This document shows, piece by piece, positions 12,001 through 17,985 of a stretch of 64,000 nucleotides of DNA. The position numbers and the translations under genes were made by a program. Within the stretch, counting starts at the first letter, position 1; each line of letters opens with the position of its first letter. Source of the stretch: a virus; IMG/VR virus record IMGVR_UViG_3300021960_000062, positions 2,939 through 66,938 of that record. One strand, given 5' to 3'. The notes under the pieces are model-generated. The model made no database searches. It was not told the origin of the DNA and saw nothing but the letters and a program-made list of their open reading frames with translations.

Positions 12001-12313
12001 TTTTAACATCAATATAATCGTAAAAACTTTTAACAGATAAATTTTCACTATCTCTAACTACTACACCGGGTTCTAATTGATAAGCATGTCGCAATGACTC
12101 TTCTTTATCAACATAGATATCTTTACTATTATAAGTTCTTCCATAGTTACGTCCAATGTAACCCGAAATCCTATCAAGTGTTCCTGGTTGTACTAACGGA
12201 TCCAGTGTAGCACTTAAAAACTTTCTGTTAGTAGAAGATTTAAAAATCTCCGGTAATAGCTGATAAGTTTCTCTAACAGGTAATTCACTCTGTTTGAATA
12301 TTTTTTTATCCAT
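1..12313 (-). CDS. Giant baseplate wedge / host-attachment protein (T4 gp7-like position), >4100 aa, truncated at left edge
   Basis: The ATG at 12313 overlaps the gp6 stop (TAATG) and reads MDKKIFKQSELPVRETYQLLPEIFKSSTNRKFLSATLDPLVQPG. The same frame reads ...TGMDYGGVIVQGATFSVGAG at the left edge and was spot-checked open near 1860. Its absence from the ORF track fits having no stop inside the window. FG-GAP-like repeats lie at about 3060-6070. Confidence 0.85.
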   Translation of the reverse strand, partial: MDKKIFKQSELPVRETYQLLPEIFKSSTNRKFLSATLDPLVQPGTLDRISGYIGRNYGRTYNSKDIYVDKEESLRHAYQLEPGVVVRDSENLSVKSFYDYIDVKSQLKFFNNNNERDDLTTSIRSYSWNPPIDWDKFINYREYYWLPQGPDTISISGQAQDVISEYRVRSQSDDEFLFYPDGLTPNPSLLLYRGQTYIFNVNTPGDPFYIRRNPTEGDLANYNTGVTNNGIEVGTVSFTVPNNSPDLLYYQSGNNIDRVGMFRIASVDENTSIDVEAEIIGKLNYTSANNVKFSNGLKINFTGNVTPEKYAQGDWLVDGVSTSIRLINFQELDLPPVKNDDVDVLFDDGGWDELPFDDAVSFPSNKDYITINRSSKDRNPWSRYNKWFHRDVIDYSASINNVASKINEQSRAKRPIIEFSSNIQLINHGSIAKQSVDFIDDFTTDVFSTIEGTAGYNIDNVDVFDGARIIFTADNDPLVKNKIFVVKKIVIQANNTADNKQIALVEADDSNTSKGECVIIKFGKNNAGLMYHFDGENWIRSQTKDSVNQSPKFDIFDDDEVSFTDNTKYETSSFAGSNLLSYKPGSGPVDKELGFSIAYQNLNNSGDIEFNSDWDVDSFTYQVSAENKSKKINSGYIKTTETLDNVSFHNLYIPSDPVFDQGIIQTYTLSEETSEVIFSNIDWISSVDANLYFYNNGNFIRDSYTIVSTVEGKRTFKFDNTKFTEGDTVTLKVFSNDEPNLGFYEFPKSLERNPLNQELKTFTLGQATDHLRSMVNYSNDFVGIFPGTSNLRDISNYQNKGQRFVKYTSVASSSLPLLCDKNVNIIKSIRYAAREYENYKSNLIKLSTTLPFGGEDVISFLDQIVSKISNAKPDSSPFVNSDMIGSGANKVSKYTVEDTGIKTFSLSEKFDLTTPSTKAVYLYLNNVQLIHGIDYVFDSEFSFVRVIRDLNENDLLEIKEFYSTSYNYIPETPASLGLTKTYVPEMYVDDTFASPQKIIRGHDGSITVAYDDFRDLLLLEFEKRIYNNIKQKYNPEILDIDNLFSGWDKTGTFTKKQVDDILELEFLRWPLVKNIDIYENSYYDQDNQFTWTYNKNLDILRQEQLPKHWRGVYQYLFDTQTPHRTPWEMLGFTIKPTWWDSEYGTAPYTSNNLILWEDLRDGIIRQGERQGKHKRYTRPYLLQLLPVDADGNLISPLEANIIVDYSTNYQDDFTFGDISPVESAWRRSSVYSYAQLIAACLLTPFETISLNLDRNIFQKNKVGQFVSKTTNTFLTVTDIVESLNSNSRPEGLLSYVVNYLKSNARTKQDVLEIYSNFDLQLSTRMKGFVDKSQQQYLLDSKNPQSKQTGIFIPSENYEIFFNTSSPLFTTRYSGVLVEKVAGGYKVSGYDQLNAIFNYYSFFAQQNDPVLDIGGVSESFVEWAPESFYIKGSLIRRQNQFFRAIQAHQSGDLFDPALWKQIDEVPVVGGARAIKRTRFNQVDRLTLNYDTVFDNIQSVVDFLLGYGSFLESQGMVFDQYNQDLGVVQNWETSVKEFLFWTTHNWAEGSILSVSPGATLLKFENIGSVADSVLDSFYDYNILKADGTKIEATNIDVYRGINELLIAPENDNEGIYFAEINYVQKEHVTIFSDKTVFNDVLFDKGAGYRQERIKSKGFRTVDWDGNYTSPGFVFDKVNILPWKQFTDYRIGDIVQYKEFYYVSKKFQRGAEKFDRTFWDLLDNLPESGLVANFDFRINQIEDYYETSIEGINSNQKELAKHTVGFQAREYLQEIAEDTVSQFKLYQGFSREKGTNNAIKKVFDKVSTVSDDKIVLDEEWAFRLGSVGGTDQIDEAEFDLKVSDFKLNPQPILLNGKQFDIVDFQNYILLNDNDYQLANTSFTFPTKRFEVPKNSAGYIFSSDVQFIRNNLQELLTNETSIDQFKQGDNIWTTFETSGWNVYRYVVSNVSIVTAEAPDVDRIVLNTNRVHNFTIGQIVGLNGILGLTGFYQVAEITPTTIVIAISGFREAPQVDESSFAFVSYFESVRVASYEELVNKGFSKLPVGSKVFIDQNEDNNNWEVVQRNKQYQVTQISEYGVAFPTGTGSAVTFVPELNQTIVGNPGAPVFSGDVIRDSAVIVYSDGETGLIPLQILAPKSGLQTSYLGAYAEVLTASKDGRWLVVGSPKASYIPSNYQEKFNPGANYEPGDIVLYNGKLYEATTRVFGDGSTIDLSSQDWKPVELPQANPLGADLFLANKGYARQGGVDIYEYSNGQWTLRNSLVSPRQGNGEYFGNSIAIGKLEGIEGTSGDVTLTVNEIDNAGGIVSVKANGTSGLNDQVFENVSGVDVSSEGVNATFDVTRSTGTPIYDIEVRNGGTGYTVGDQLYIQGTRVGGQPATGISNNDIVITVRAVDENGTILGSDTFNNITGILSTPVSETALFTITKNKDVYNVRLRQDGAVKVQPGDGYKQRSIVRYGAFFYACIKDTNIDKGVWSATATYDSGDVVKYPANSSQYWNVLKTVTGVEPGTDSTAYSSYETIFPDRSPEYWEQVQGFPFSVEYISDPANQLFGTGNWVPWDEKDNQGNLITYTSGTTIVIPGNTVGGVSPDNDITIRINQVSDNGDVGPFPTKREGEIQFFSYTGTAAIGIDYKGIPGPGSGTFLDVTPEDVSNPGTGAIFNIERKAGAYEASISVAGLGYVVGDQIRILGTALGAVDESYYLAISAPGSRDDRGKVYLYQYNGIKWTLLQDTNFVGLFDINRSYVQGSIVWYGSSYYKAKEFFTGNGVITPDVSDSWEATNTVNRDIVPNVYAYVDDGSSLEQGTTDDQIENIDIGDKFGTSIAMTNDGSVLVSSAPYADTSNFENYRGVWRTTETYIQGDVVRRNNKYYQLDSDSSLTSINDAPEIDNKWIEVQNTGTPRTGVVFVYKKNENRVFEFIQEINKSNIPGLNPGDAFGEKVTVSSDGTTLFVGSPNSDKNEKDQGSVFIFGWESNKFVFTQKIQSNTNDYEERFGSNLSISPDGKTLAVSAEGAETFEITTFDKDETRFDRLTTSFADPIGTTGKVFVFNEYGGKWVLGEIFEDNLSFNEDFGRSLATSNNTIIVGSPSYLSDDPAFTEVVIGRIQKFEKLDGVKPWTVIRNQTNQVDISKIRTLAAYQKDTYTKIADIDVVDTFKGKLLGIVEQNIDFKTPFDPAVYTESNNEELTTKDESQHWTEKQVGRIWWDTSKVKYLVYEQGDVVFRNGNWNSFAQGSSIDAYQWIESTLKPSQWAELANGDDPTITGNPLYPDDTVYSVKRKVDPISGNVSKTLYYYWVKNKQTTETNSSKTLASSQVADYIVNPQNAGVPFAFVIDKDKITLSNLKTLLDTDEFSVNVQFYKNGTDINLIHNEYVLTTEESTKNPNEDLERKWIDSLVGSDVLGNQIPDPNLSDKNKYGIESRPRQTIFVNRNKAVEQTITFINDALYTLPLADEIDYGYLNLIDEKPSTVKRLYDLSIDTEQELRFYAKPTIKDAVLSANIINGHVNTIDIVDPGFGYKSAPLITIRGEGEGATAEATIDSFGRISSVTVTNQGKKYLTANPIVRSFSILVERDSTVNGFWSIYSWSVREQEFYRVATQEYDTTKYWEYIDWWAPGFSEESRIIQTLPGLYAEQEVDLEDNQLLRLDDYGSGGWAVLQRVSQGATIKGKFKLVGRQQGTIRIINKFYNTEIESTGYDKTQTYDSNRYDTSAAKEFRNILNAMKYDIFVDELAGYWNKLFFVNIHYVFSEQLYIDWAFKTSFLNAIHNVGYLQQKLNFRSDNLAAYQAYIEEVKPYRTKIRNYTSRYQNLENTNTTISDFDLPPVYNTTTNTINPVKLGDDEIDLQPWNTWFNNYKFEVTDIILTEQGSTYSTAPQVIFTGGGGSGAKAKAYISNRKVTKIVLLDSGQGYTSVPTIELVGGVGTQTQFSAKAVARIGKSKARLFHNTIKFDRFSKTPTFKSYSANERFIETESFAGTGRLTTFELKYPSTLDKSSITVFVDNQQQFASDYTITLFTKLVNGLTVLKGRLTLLTPASEGSNITIRYEKNDEILDSLNRIDKYYKPTDGMLGIDKDVPDNGGEITTDYSQLVTGMDYGGVIVQGATFSVGAG

Positions 12314-15300
12314 TAACTGTTACTCGTCTTGGTTATAACCTGTGAGTTGAGTAGATTTAATTCAGTTGCTGTAATAGTTTCAACAATCTGAACATCATCA
12401 ACTGTGGCCGCGCTCACTAGGATTTCATCTGGTCGTGATTGAATTTCACTTAAACTTCCGTATGCTTGATCGCTTTGTTTTGGTACCATAACAATATTAC
12501 TAATTTCAGGTGAATTTGCTTGAATAATATATGCTAATAATTCACTCGAATAAAACTTATCGCCAAAGTCCCAATTATCAATAGCAAAATAATTTGCTAT
12601 AGTTGCTACAACTTTAACTTTTAAATCGTTATCGTTTATAGTCATATTTTTATTTTTTACAACTTTAAATGTTGTTTGAAATTCTGTAGGTGCTTTACTT
12701 CCAAATAATGGAAAATATGTTACTGGATGATACACAACTTCGTCACTAATAGATTTTAAATCGGCTAACTCTTTACCAAATTGAACTCTTAAACTTTCAG
12801 GAGTTGGTTCTTCTGGTGCTGTAGCTGTTGCTCCTATTAGATAATTTCTGTAATTAATATCATAATTTCTAACTAACAAATAGATATCAATAATGTTACT
12901 AGCACTAGGGTCAATTCTTCTATCACTACTGGCATTATGAATGTACTGAAACTTTAATCCGCTTCTTCCAATATATGCTATATAACTAGGTTCTAAGATA
13001 AATGTTCTAGTAATTAAATCAACACGTTTAACAAAATTTTCTGCTTGATCATAAAAGTAAATTAATTGGTTATGATCGTAATCATTAACACTTGTATTAA
13101 CTTCTTTGTCTTTAATTAAAACAGTATTATTTTTATTGTCGATAAAATCTAATTTTGTAAATCCATAATTGTCTGTTGATTTTTTAAAGAACAAGTACTT
13201 GTCTGTTAGATCAGTTCCAACAATATCATCAAAACTATCTGGATTATCAATTACACCGTCATCGTCTGTATCATAAAAAGTTACTTTAACACTTTCAGTG
13301 CTTTGATATCCGTCTTCAAATCTAACACTATCTGATATTTCAAACAAAATATCATTCTTTAAAGTTTTGTCTTGATCAATAATTGTAGCAACATCAGCCG
13401 ATGTAAAATCTGGATTTGAATTTTTAAGTTCAATAATTTTATCAGCCAACTGTGAAGCCGATAATTCTTTACCCTCAGGAACACTATTAATATCTAATAC
13501 TTTGATTTGATCTTTAATGACTGTTCTTTTTTTACTGTCATAAATTTTTTCTGATCTATCAAAATAGAATCTATTTTGTTCAACACTAGAGAATACATAA
13601 CTTGTTCCACGGACTCTTACTCTAAATTCATCGCCGTCATATACAAATGCTAGAATCCAACTAGCATCAGCATTAGTATTTGTGTTGTCGCCTGCTTGAC
13701 CTAAACTAAAATCACTCGAAAGATCAATATTATTACTAGAAATCACTCTCCATGTTCGTGTTTCAATATCATATCTTAGACCAAATGTTTGACTAGAAAA
13801 ACTAAGATTTAAAATTTCTGTTTCAATGTCAGTTGGTAAGTTATTAACAAACTTAGGTACTACCTGTGTTGGAATTGATCCAGTTGGAATAGGATCAGAA
13901 AATGTTACAGGGCCTACGCCACTGGAAAGGTTTCCTTGACCAGCATTTGTACCATCTCCAACTACTCTTACTACCTTTGTCCATACATATTTCTTATGAG
14001 TTTTATCTGTTGGATCGTAAGTAACTAGTTCTCCATCTTTAAATGCTTGAGTATCTAAAGGTGGTAAAAATTTAATTAAACTTCCTGCTTCAATAAAACG
14101 TAAATTGCTTGTAGTGTAGATTCCAATCTTGATCGGAAATTCGTCAAAAATGTTTCCAAAATAACCTGTACTTCCATTTATATCAGTAGTACTTTGTAAC
14201 CACTTAACACTAACATCACTAGTAAAAATTTTATCAAAGTTTGTAATATAAAAATTATATGTTTCTGAATCTTCAATTACTGGTTCAATTGTACTTCTAA
14301 TGTAATTTAAAACAATATTTTTATTTGTATATGTATAACTAAAATTTCTTTCAGTGTTTGTTCTATAAATTAAACCGTCATCAGCAAAAACATTAACCAT
14401 AGAATATTTTCCACTAGCATCTACAATATCAAAATTTCTGCTAATGCCACTTGATGTTCTATTAATTGCTTTTACTTTTAAAATTTCTTGTGAGCTACCT
14501 AGAGGAGCAAGATTATAATCTTCTCCTGTTACCATTCTATTTTGTGTATAATACTGTGCCGGTGCTTTAGCTCTAATCGAATCAATGTCTTCAGATGGAG
14601 CACTGTTTTCAACAGTATATTGTAGATTCATTGTAAGTGTAATAGTCTGAGTTACACCTATTGCATTATTATACTGAATATCAATACTAATATTTCTCAT
14701 ATCTCTTGGAGAGATAGAAAAACTTGCTCCGATAGAAGTTCTAAAATAACATCTAAACACACCCAATGGTAAATTACCAAAGACACCATCTGAAAATAAT
14801 AAATCTACAGTATCATCTTCTTGTGTTATAACAGTATAAATATTTTTCTCGTTTGATGACAAACTATTATAGATAATATTGTTTCCTTCAATAGCATCTA
14901 CTTTAGTCCATTGATTTTGTGGATTTCCGTCTGCTCCTAATTTATAAAGCCAAACATCACTATTATTAATACCTGGTGTAGTGATTGAAACTTGTTCATT
15001 GACAGTCGGTTGTGTTATTTCAAACTCAGCACTTTCTAGTGTTCCTTGTTTAAACTGTAAAAAGAATCCTGTATTAGCACTTGCGTTTCCTTTTCCGTCT
15101 TGTCTATAAATGAATCCCATCTTATTACCAGGAACTGGACTTTCTTCATAGATAAAGTTTTCAGCTAGAATAGACGTGCTAGGAATTTCAAAACGCATAG
15201 ATCTACCAGAGGCATTTTTTGAAAAATTAAACAACGGTATACTTGTGTTTGTGCTATTAAATCTGTACTGATCTGTTTTGATGCCGTCAATTACTTTCGA

Positions 15301-15825
15301 ACCTTGATCTTTACCAAATTCAGTATTTGGTACCATTGAAGCATTTATAACAGAAATAAACTGTTCAAACCAATTAGGATTAGTAGGATCATTCCATTGA
15401 ATAGTTTGTCCAGACAGATTAATACCGTTACTGTCTGTTAAATTTTCTGTTGTTGAAACAGATGTAATTTTAAGTAACCCGCTTGCGCCAACATTACGTT
15501 TAGCATTATATGAAAGCATCCTAGCAATACGTAAAACACTTTCTTTTCTGTTTGCTAATTCAATGAAATTTTCTCTGCTGTTTAAGTCAAGTCTAAATGA
15601 AAGACTTTGACCTAAGAATGCAATTAGATCAATAAGGGCAACGTATTCTGAACTTTCAATAAAATCATTGAAATCTTCGGGGTAGTTTTCTCTCAAATAT
15701 TCTACCATTACTCTACGCAAATTTTCAAAGTCGTAAGACTTGAAATCAGCGTTACGGAACGTCTGATAGATGCGAGTCCAATCTTCCGCAAGTATTAAAT
15801 TATTTTGTCTAGTTGTAGTTGTCAT
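12313..15825 (-). CDS. gp6: Baseplate wedge subunit, T4 gp6-like
   Basis: Contains gp6-type motifs: YDFENLR, DFIESSEY..LIDLIA, E.FIELA.RKESVLRIARMLSY and EDIDSIRAKAPAQYYTQNRMVTGEDY. Lies directly downstream of gp25. Confidence 0.9.
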   Translation of the reverse strand: MTTTTRQNNLILAEDWTRIYQTFRNADFKSYDFENLRRVMVEYLRENYPEDFNDFIESSEYVALIDLIAFLGQSLSFRLDLNSRENFIELANRKESVLRIARMLSYNAKRNVGASGLLKITSVSTTENLTDSNGINLSGQTIQWNDPTNPNWFEQFISVINASMVPNTEFGKDQGSKVIDGIKTDQYRFNSTNTSIPLFNFSKNASGRSMRFEIPSTSILAENFIYEESPVPGNKMGFIYRQDGKGNASANTGFFLQFKQGTLESAEFEITQPTVNEQVSITTPGINNSDVWLYKLGADGNPQNQWTKVDAIEGNNIIYNSLSSNEKNIYTVITQEDDTVDLLFSDGVFGNLPLGVFRCYFRTSIGASFSISPRDMRNISIDIQYNNAIGVTQTITLTMNLQYTVENSAPSEDIDSIRAKAPAQYYTQNRMVTGEDYNLAPLGSSQEILKVKAINRTSSGISRNFDIVDASGKYSMVNVFADDGLIYRTNTERNFSYTYTNKNIVLNYIRSTIEPVIEDSETYNFYITNFDKIFTSDVSVKWLQSTTDINGSTGYFGNIFDEFPIKIGIYTTSNLRFIEAGSLIKFLPPLDTQAFKDGELVTYDPTDKTHKKYVWTKVVRVVGDGTNAGQGNLSSGVGPVTFSDPIPTGSIPTQVVPKFVNNLPTDIETEILNLSFSSQTFGLRYDIETRTWRVISSNNIDLSSDFSLGQAGDNTNTNADASWILAFVYDGDEFRVRVRGTSYVFSSVEQNRFYFDRSEKIYDSKKRTVIKDQIKVLDINSVPEGKELSASQLADKIIELKNSNPDFTSADVATIIDQDKTLKNDILFEISDSVRFEDGYQSTESVKVTFYDTDDDGVIDNPDSFDDIVGTDLTDKYLFFKKSTDNYGFTKLDFIDNKNNTVLIKDKEVNTSVNDYDHNQLIYFYDQAENFVKRVDLITRTFILEPSYIAYIGRSGLKFQYIHNASSDRRIDPSASNIIDIYLLVRNYDINYRNYLIGATATAPEEPTPESLRVQFGKELADLKSISDEVVYHPVTYFPLFGSKAPTEFQTTFKVVKNKNMTINDNDLKVKVVATIANYFAIDNWDFGDKFYSSELLAYIIQANSPEISNIVMVPKQSDQAYGSLSEIQSRPDEILVSAATVDDVQIVETITATELNLLNSQVITKTSNS

Positions 15826-15847
15826 ATCTGTTTCTTGCCCTATACAC

Positions 15848-15853
15848 TATTTA
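15848..15853 (-). promoter_or_regulatory. T4-type late promoter (TAAATA)
   Basis: ggTAAATAgt on the minus strand, 22 nt upstream of the gp6 start. Confidence 0.6.
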
Positions 15854-15887
15854 CCGGAGATAAAAAACTGCGCATTTTATTTTCCAG

Positions 15888-16328
15888 CTATTCTGTGTTT
15901 CTCCTGTCAAAGTTAATTCTTAACTGTTCTGTGGCATTTAGTTCTAAATATTCTAAATCCATCTCGACCAGTACACCTTTATCTGTAGCATCTACGCTTA
16001 CATTCCTAGCTTTTACTCTAGGATCTCTGTTTACAATTTCTTCTACGTCTTGTACAATTATATCAATATTTTCAGATGTCATTGGTTCAAACAGCATGTC
16101 CCAAATTACTGTGCCAAACTTTGGAAGTTGTAGCTTTTCACCTTTGCGAATATTGAAATGATTTAACAAGTCCTGCTTTACTAAATCTAAATCGTACTGC
16201 TTAAAGTTTTTAGTAGAATTTCTTGAATTAAACCCTCTATATCTAAAACTAGAACCTTCAGCAGATACTGTTCCTGAACTGGCTTCAATTGTTTGTACTT
16301 TTTGCTGATTGTATATTTTTCTAGCCAT
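15888..16328 (-). CDS. gp25: Baseplate wedge / sheath initiator, gp25 family
   Basis: DLVKQDLLNHFNIRKGEKLQLPKFGTVIWDMLFEP...DPRV matches the GPW_gp25 pattern. Confidence 0.9.
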   Translation of the reverse strand: MARKIYNQQKVQTIEASSGTVSAEGSSFRYRGFNSRNSTKNFKQYDLDLVKQDLLNHFNIRKGEKLQLPKFGTVIWDMLFEPMTSENIDIIVQDVEEIVNRDPRVKARNVSVDATDKGVLVEMDLEYLELNATEQLRINFDRRNTE

Positions 16329-16329
16329 A

Positions 16330-17985
16330 TTATTCCTCCTTAATATCCCTATCAGTCTTAGGTGGTGCTACTGATAAAGGATCATAGTTTTCATGGTTAA
16401 ACCATGGTTCGTGCTGTGGAATACGTTTCATAATACTTTCTAACGGCTCCTCACTTTGATATTCTTGATTAGCCCACGGTAATGTAATATCTACAACAGC
16501 ATTTTGATGTAAACTTAAAGGTTCTGCGACCGTTACACTAGCAACAGCACCTGTTTGTGCTATTTCAGCAGGATCACAATTCATCTCAATTTTATCAGCA
16601 GTTTCTCTATGGAACTGGCCGCTATTAATGTTTGTTGTGTTATCTGATCTAATTCTTGTATTGTTCAATGAATATGAGTTAATATTTGTTGCTTTAAGTT
16701 TAATATCATCGCCTACTGTTTCTTCTAAGTTCTTAGCAACTGTTTTTCTTTCAGCACCTTTGACCACTGTGCTAACATCTTTTTCTACATTTGTATTTTT
16801 AAATCCACCAACTATGGTTGTTAAATTGCCTGCGGCATCAACATGTATTCTACCAACAGCATCGGGTGTTGCTCCTTCTCCATCTGGACTTTCTGTGTTA
16901 CGTCCTGTTGCTTTTATATTGATATTACGTTCTGCTTCAATATTAATATCTCTACCAGCATGAAAATTAAAATCTTGTTGTGTATGAATACTAATACTGT
17001 CTTGAGCAAAAATATCAATCTTTCCGTCTGAACTTAGTTCGATCCAAGCAGTACCTCTGCTGTTTCCAATATAAATTAAATCTTCTGAATTGTGTAACAG
17101 TATTTGGTGGCCTGTTCTAGTTCTTAATCTAAAACTTTCACCGTAGGGTATTCTTACGTCTCCTGATTCACCTTTTGTAGTATCAGCATATTCTGGTGGT
17201 CCAGCATCAGCTGTTGTTTTTCTTACAAAACGTTCGTCGCCGTCGTCCATGACAAATTGATGTCCGCCTATTCGACTTACAAAAACAGGATCAGAAATAT
17301 CTTGATTAGTTCCCTTTTTTTGCTTTAAAGCATTTTGTCTTTTATCAATTGGTCCTGGTGTGCTTATACCGTAGACATTAGGTATAGCAGATCTACGAAC
17401 AGTACTACCGTGTGATCCTCTAATAGGATCTCCTACTAATCCACTATCTAGTAAAAATCCTGCCAAAGGGTGCAATGGGCGTTTAGCATTTTCAATATCA
17501 ACACCTTGTTCTTCTAGTGTTGCTACATTTATTTCGCCCACTGGTAATGATTTTGTATTTCCGTAAAGTTCTTGCTGTTCAGGAGATAGGTCTACATTTT
17601 CTGCGGCGGCAATTCCTGGTACCATATGATTAATACCTGGTTCAGGAACAACTCCTATCCAAAACCATTGTTTGGTATCATCAATTTGAATTACAATTAC
17701 TTTAGTTCCTACATCAGGAGGAACAAAAGCCATACCATAAGATTTTTGTGTATCTTGAAACGCCCTATCATTACCGGTATTTTTACCATTGTAAGCATGG
17801 TTGGTGTAACCAAAAAACGGAGGAGCATGATAAGCTGAAATAATTTGCGATTCTTCAGCATAAGTTCCTGCGTACCTTCCTAGTAAACTTACAAACAATG
17901 TGCCTACACCTGTTTTAGTGTCGTGGCCCACTACCCTAGCAGTTCTAGGACCTGATGGTCTTATATGTCCTTTGGTTGCCGTCAT
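16330..17985 (-). CDS. gp5: Baseplate central spike, gp5/VgrG-like (OB fold plus beta-helix, no lysozyme domain)
   Basis: YGMAFVPPDVGTKVIV OB-like motif, GHQFVMDDG and RLRTRTGHQILLHNSE motifs, and C-terminal beta-helix-like repeats. Located next to gp25. Confidence 0.8.
   Translation of the reverse strand: MTATKGHIRPSGPRTARVVGHDTKTGVGTLFVSLLGRYAGTYAEESQIISAYHAPPFFGYTNHAYNGKNTGNDRAFQDTQKSYGMAFVPPDVGTKVIVIQIDDTKQWFWIGVVPEPGINHMVPGIAAAENVDLSPEQQELYGNTKSLPVGEINVATLEEQGVDIENAKRPLHPLAGFLLDSGLVGDPIRGSHGSTVRRSAIPNVYGISTPGPIDKRQNALKQKKGTNQDISDPVFVSRIGGHQFVMDDGDERFVRKTTADAGPPEYADTTKGESGDVRIPYGESFRLRTRTGHQILLHNSEDLIYIGNSRGTAWIELSSDGKIDIFAQDSISIHTQQDFNFHAGRDINIEAERNINIKATGRNTESPDGEGATPDAVGRIHVDAAGNLTTIVGGFKNTNVEKDVSTVVKGAERKTVAKNLEETVGDDIKLKATNINSYSLNNTRIRSDNTTNINSGQFHRETADKIEMNCDPAEIAQTGAVASVTVAEPLSLHQNAVVDITLPWANQEYQSEEPLESIMKRIPQHEPWFNHENYDPLSVAPPKTDRDIKEE

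Noticed and set aside
1-12312. Apparent 12-kb ORF desert suggesting stop-codon recoding or a pseudogene
   Set aside because: It is explained by one minus-strand ORF running off the window edge. Other genes are long and intact in the standard code and end in TAA, TAG or TGA.
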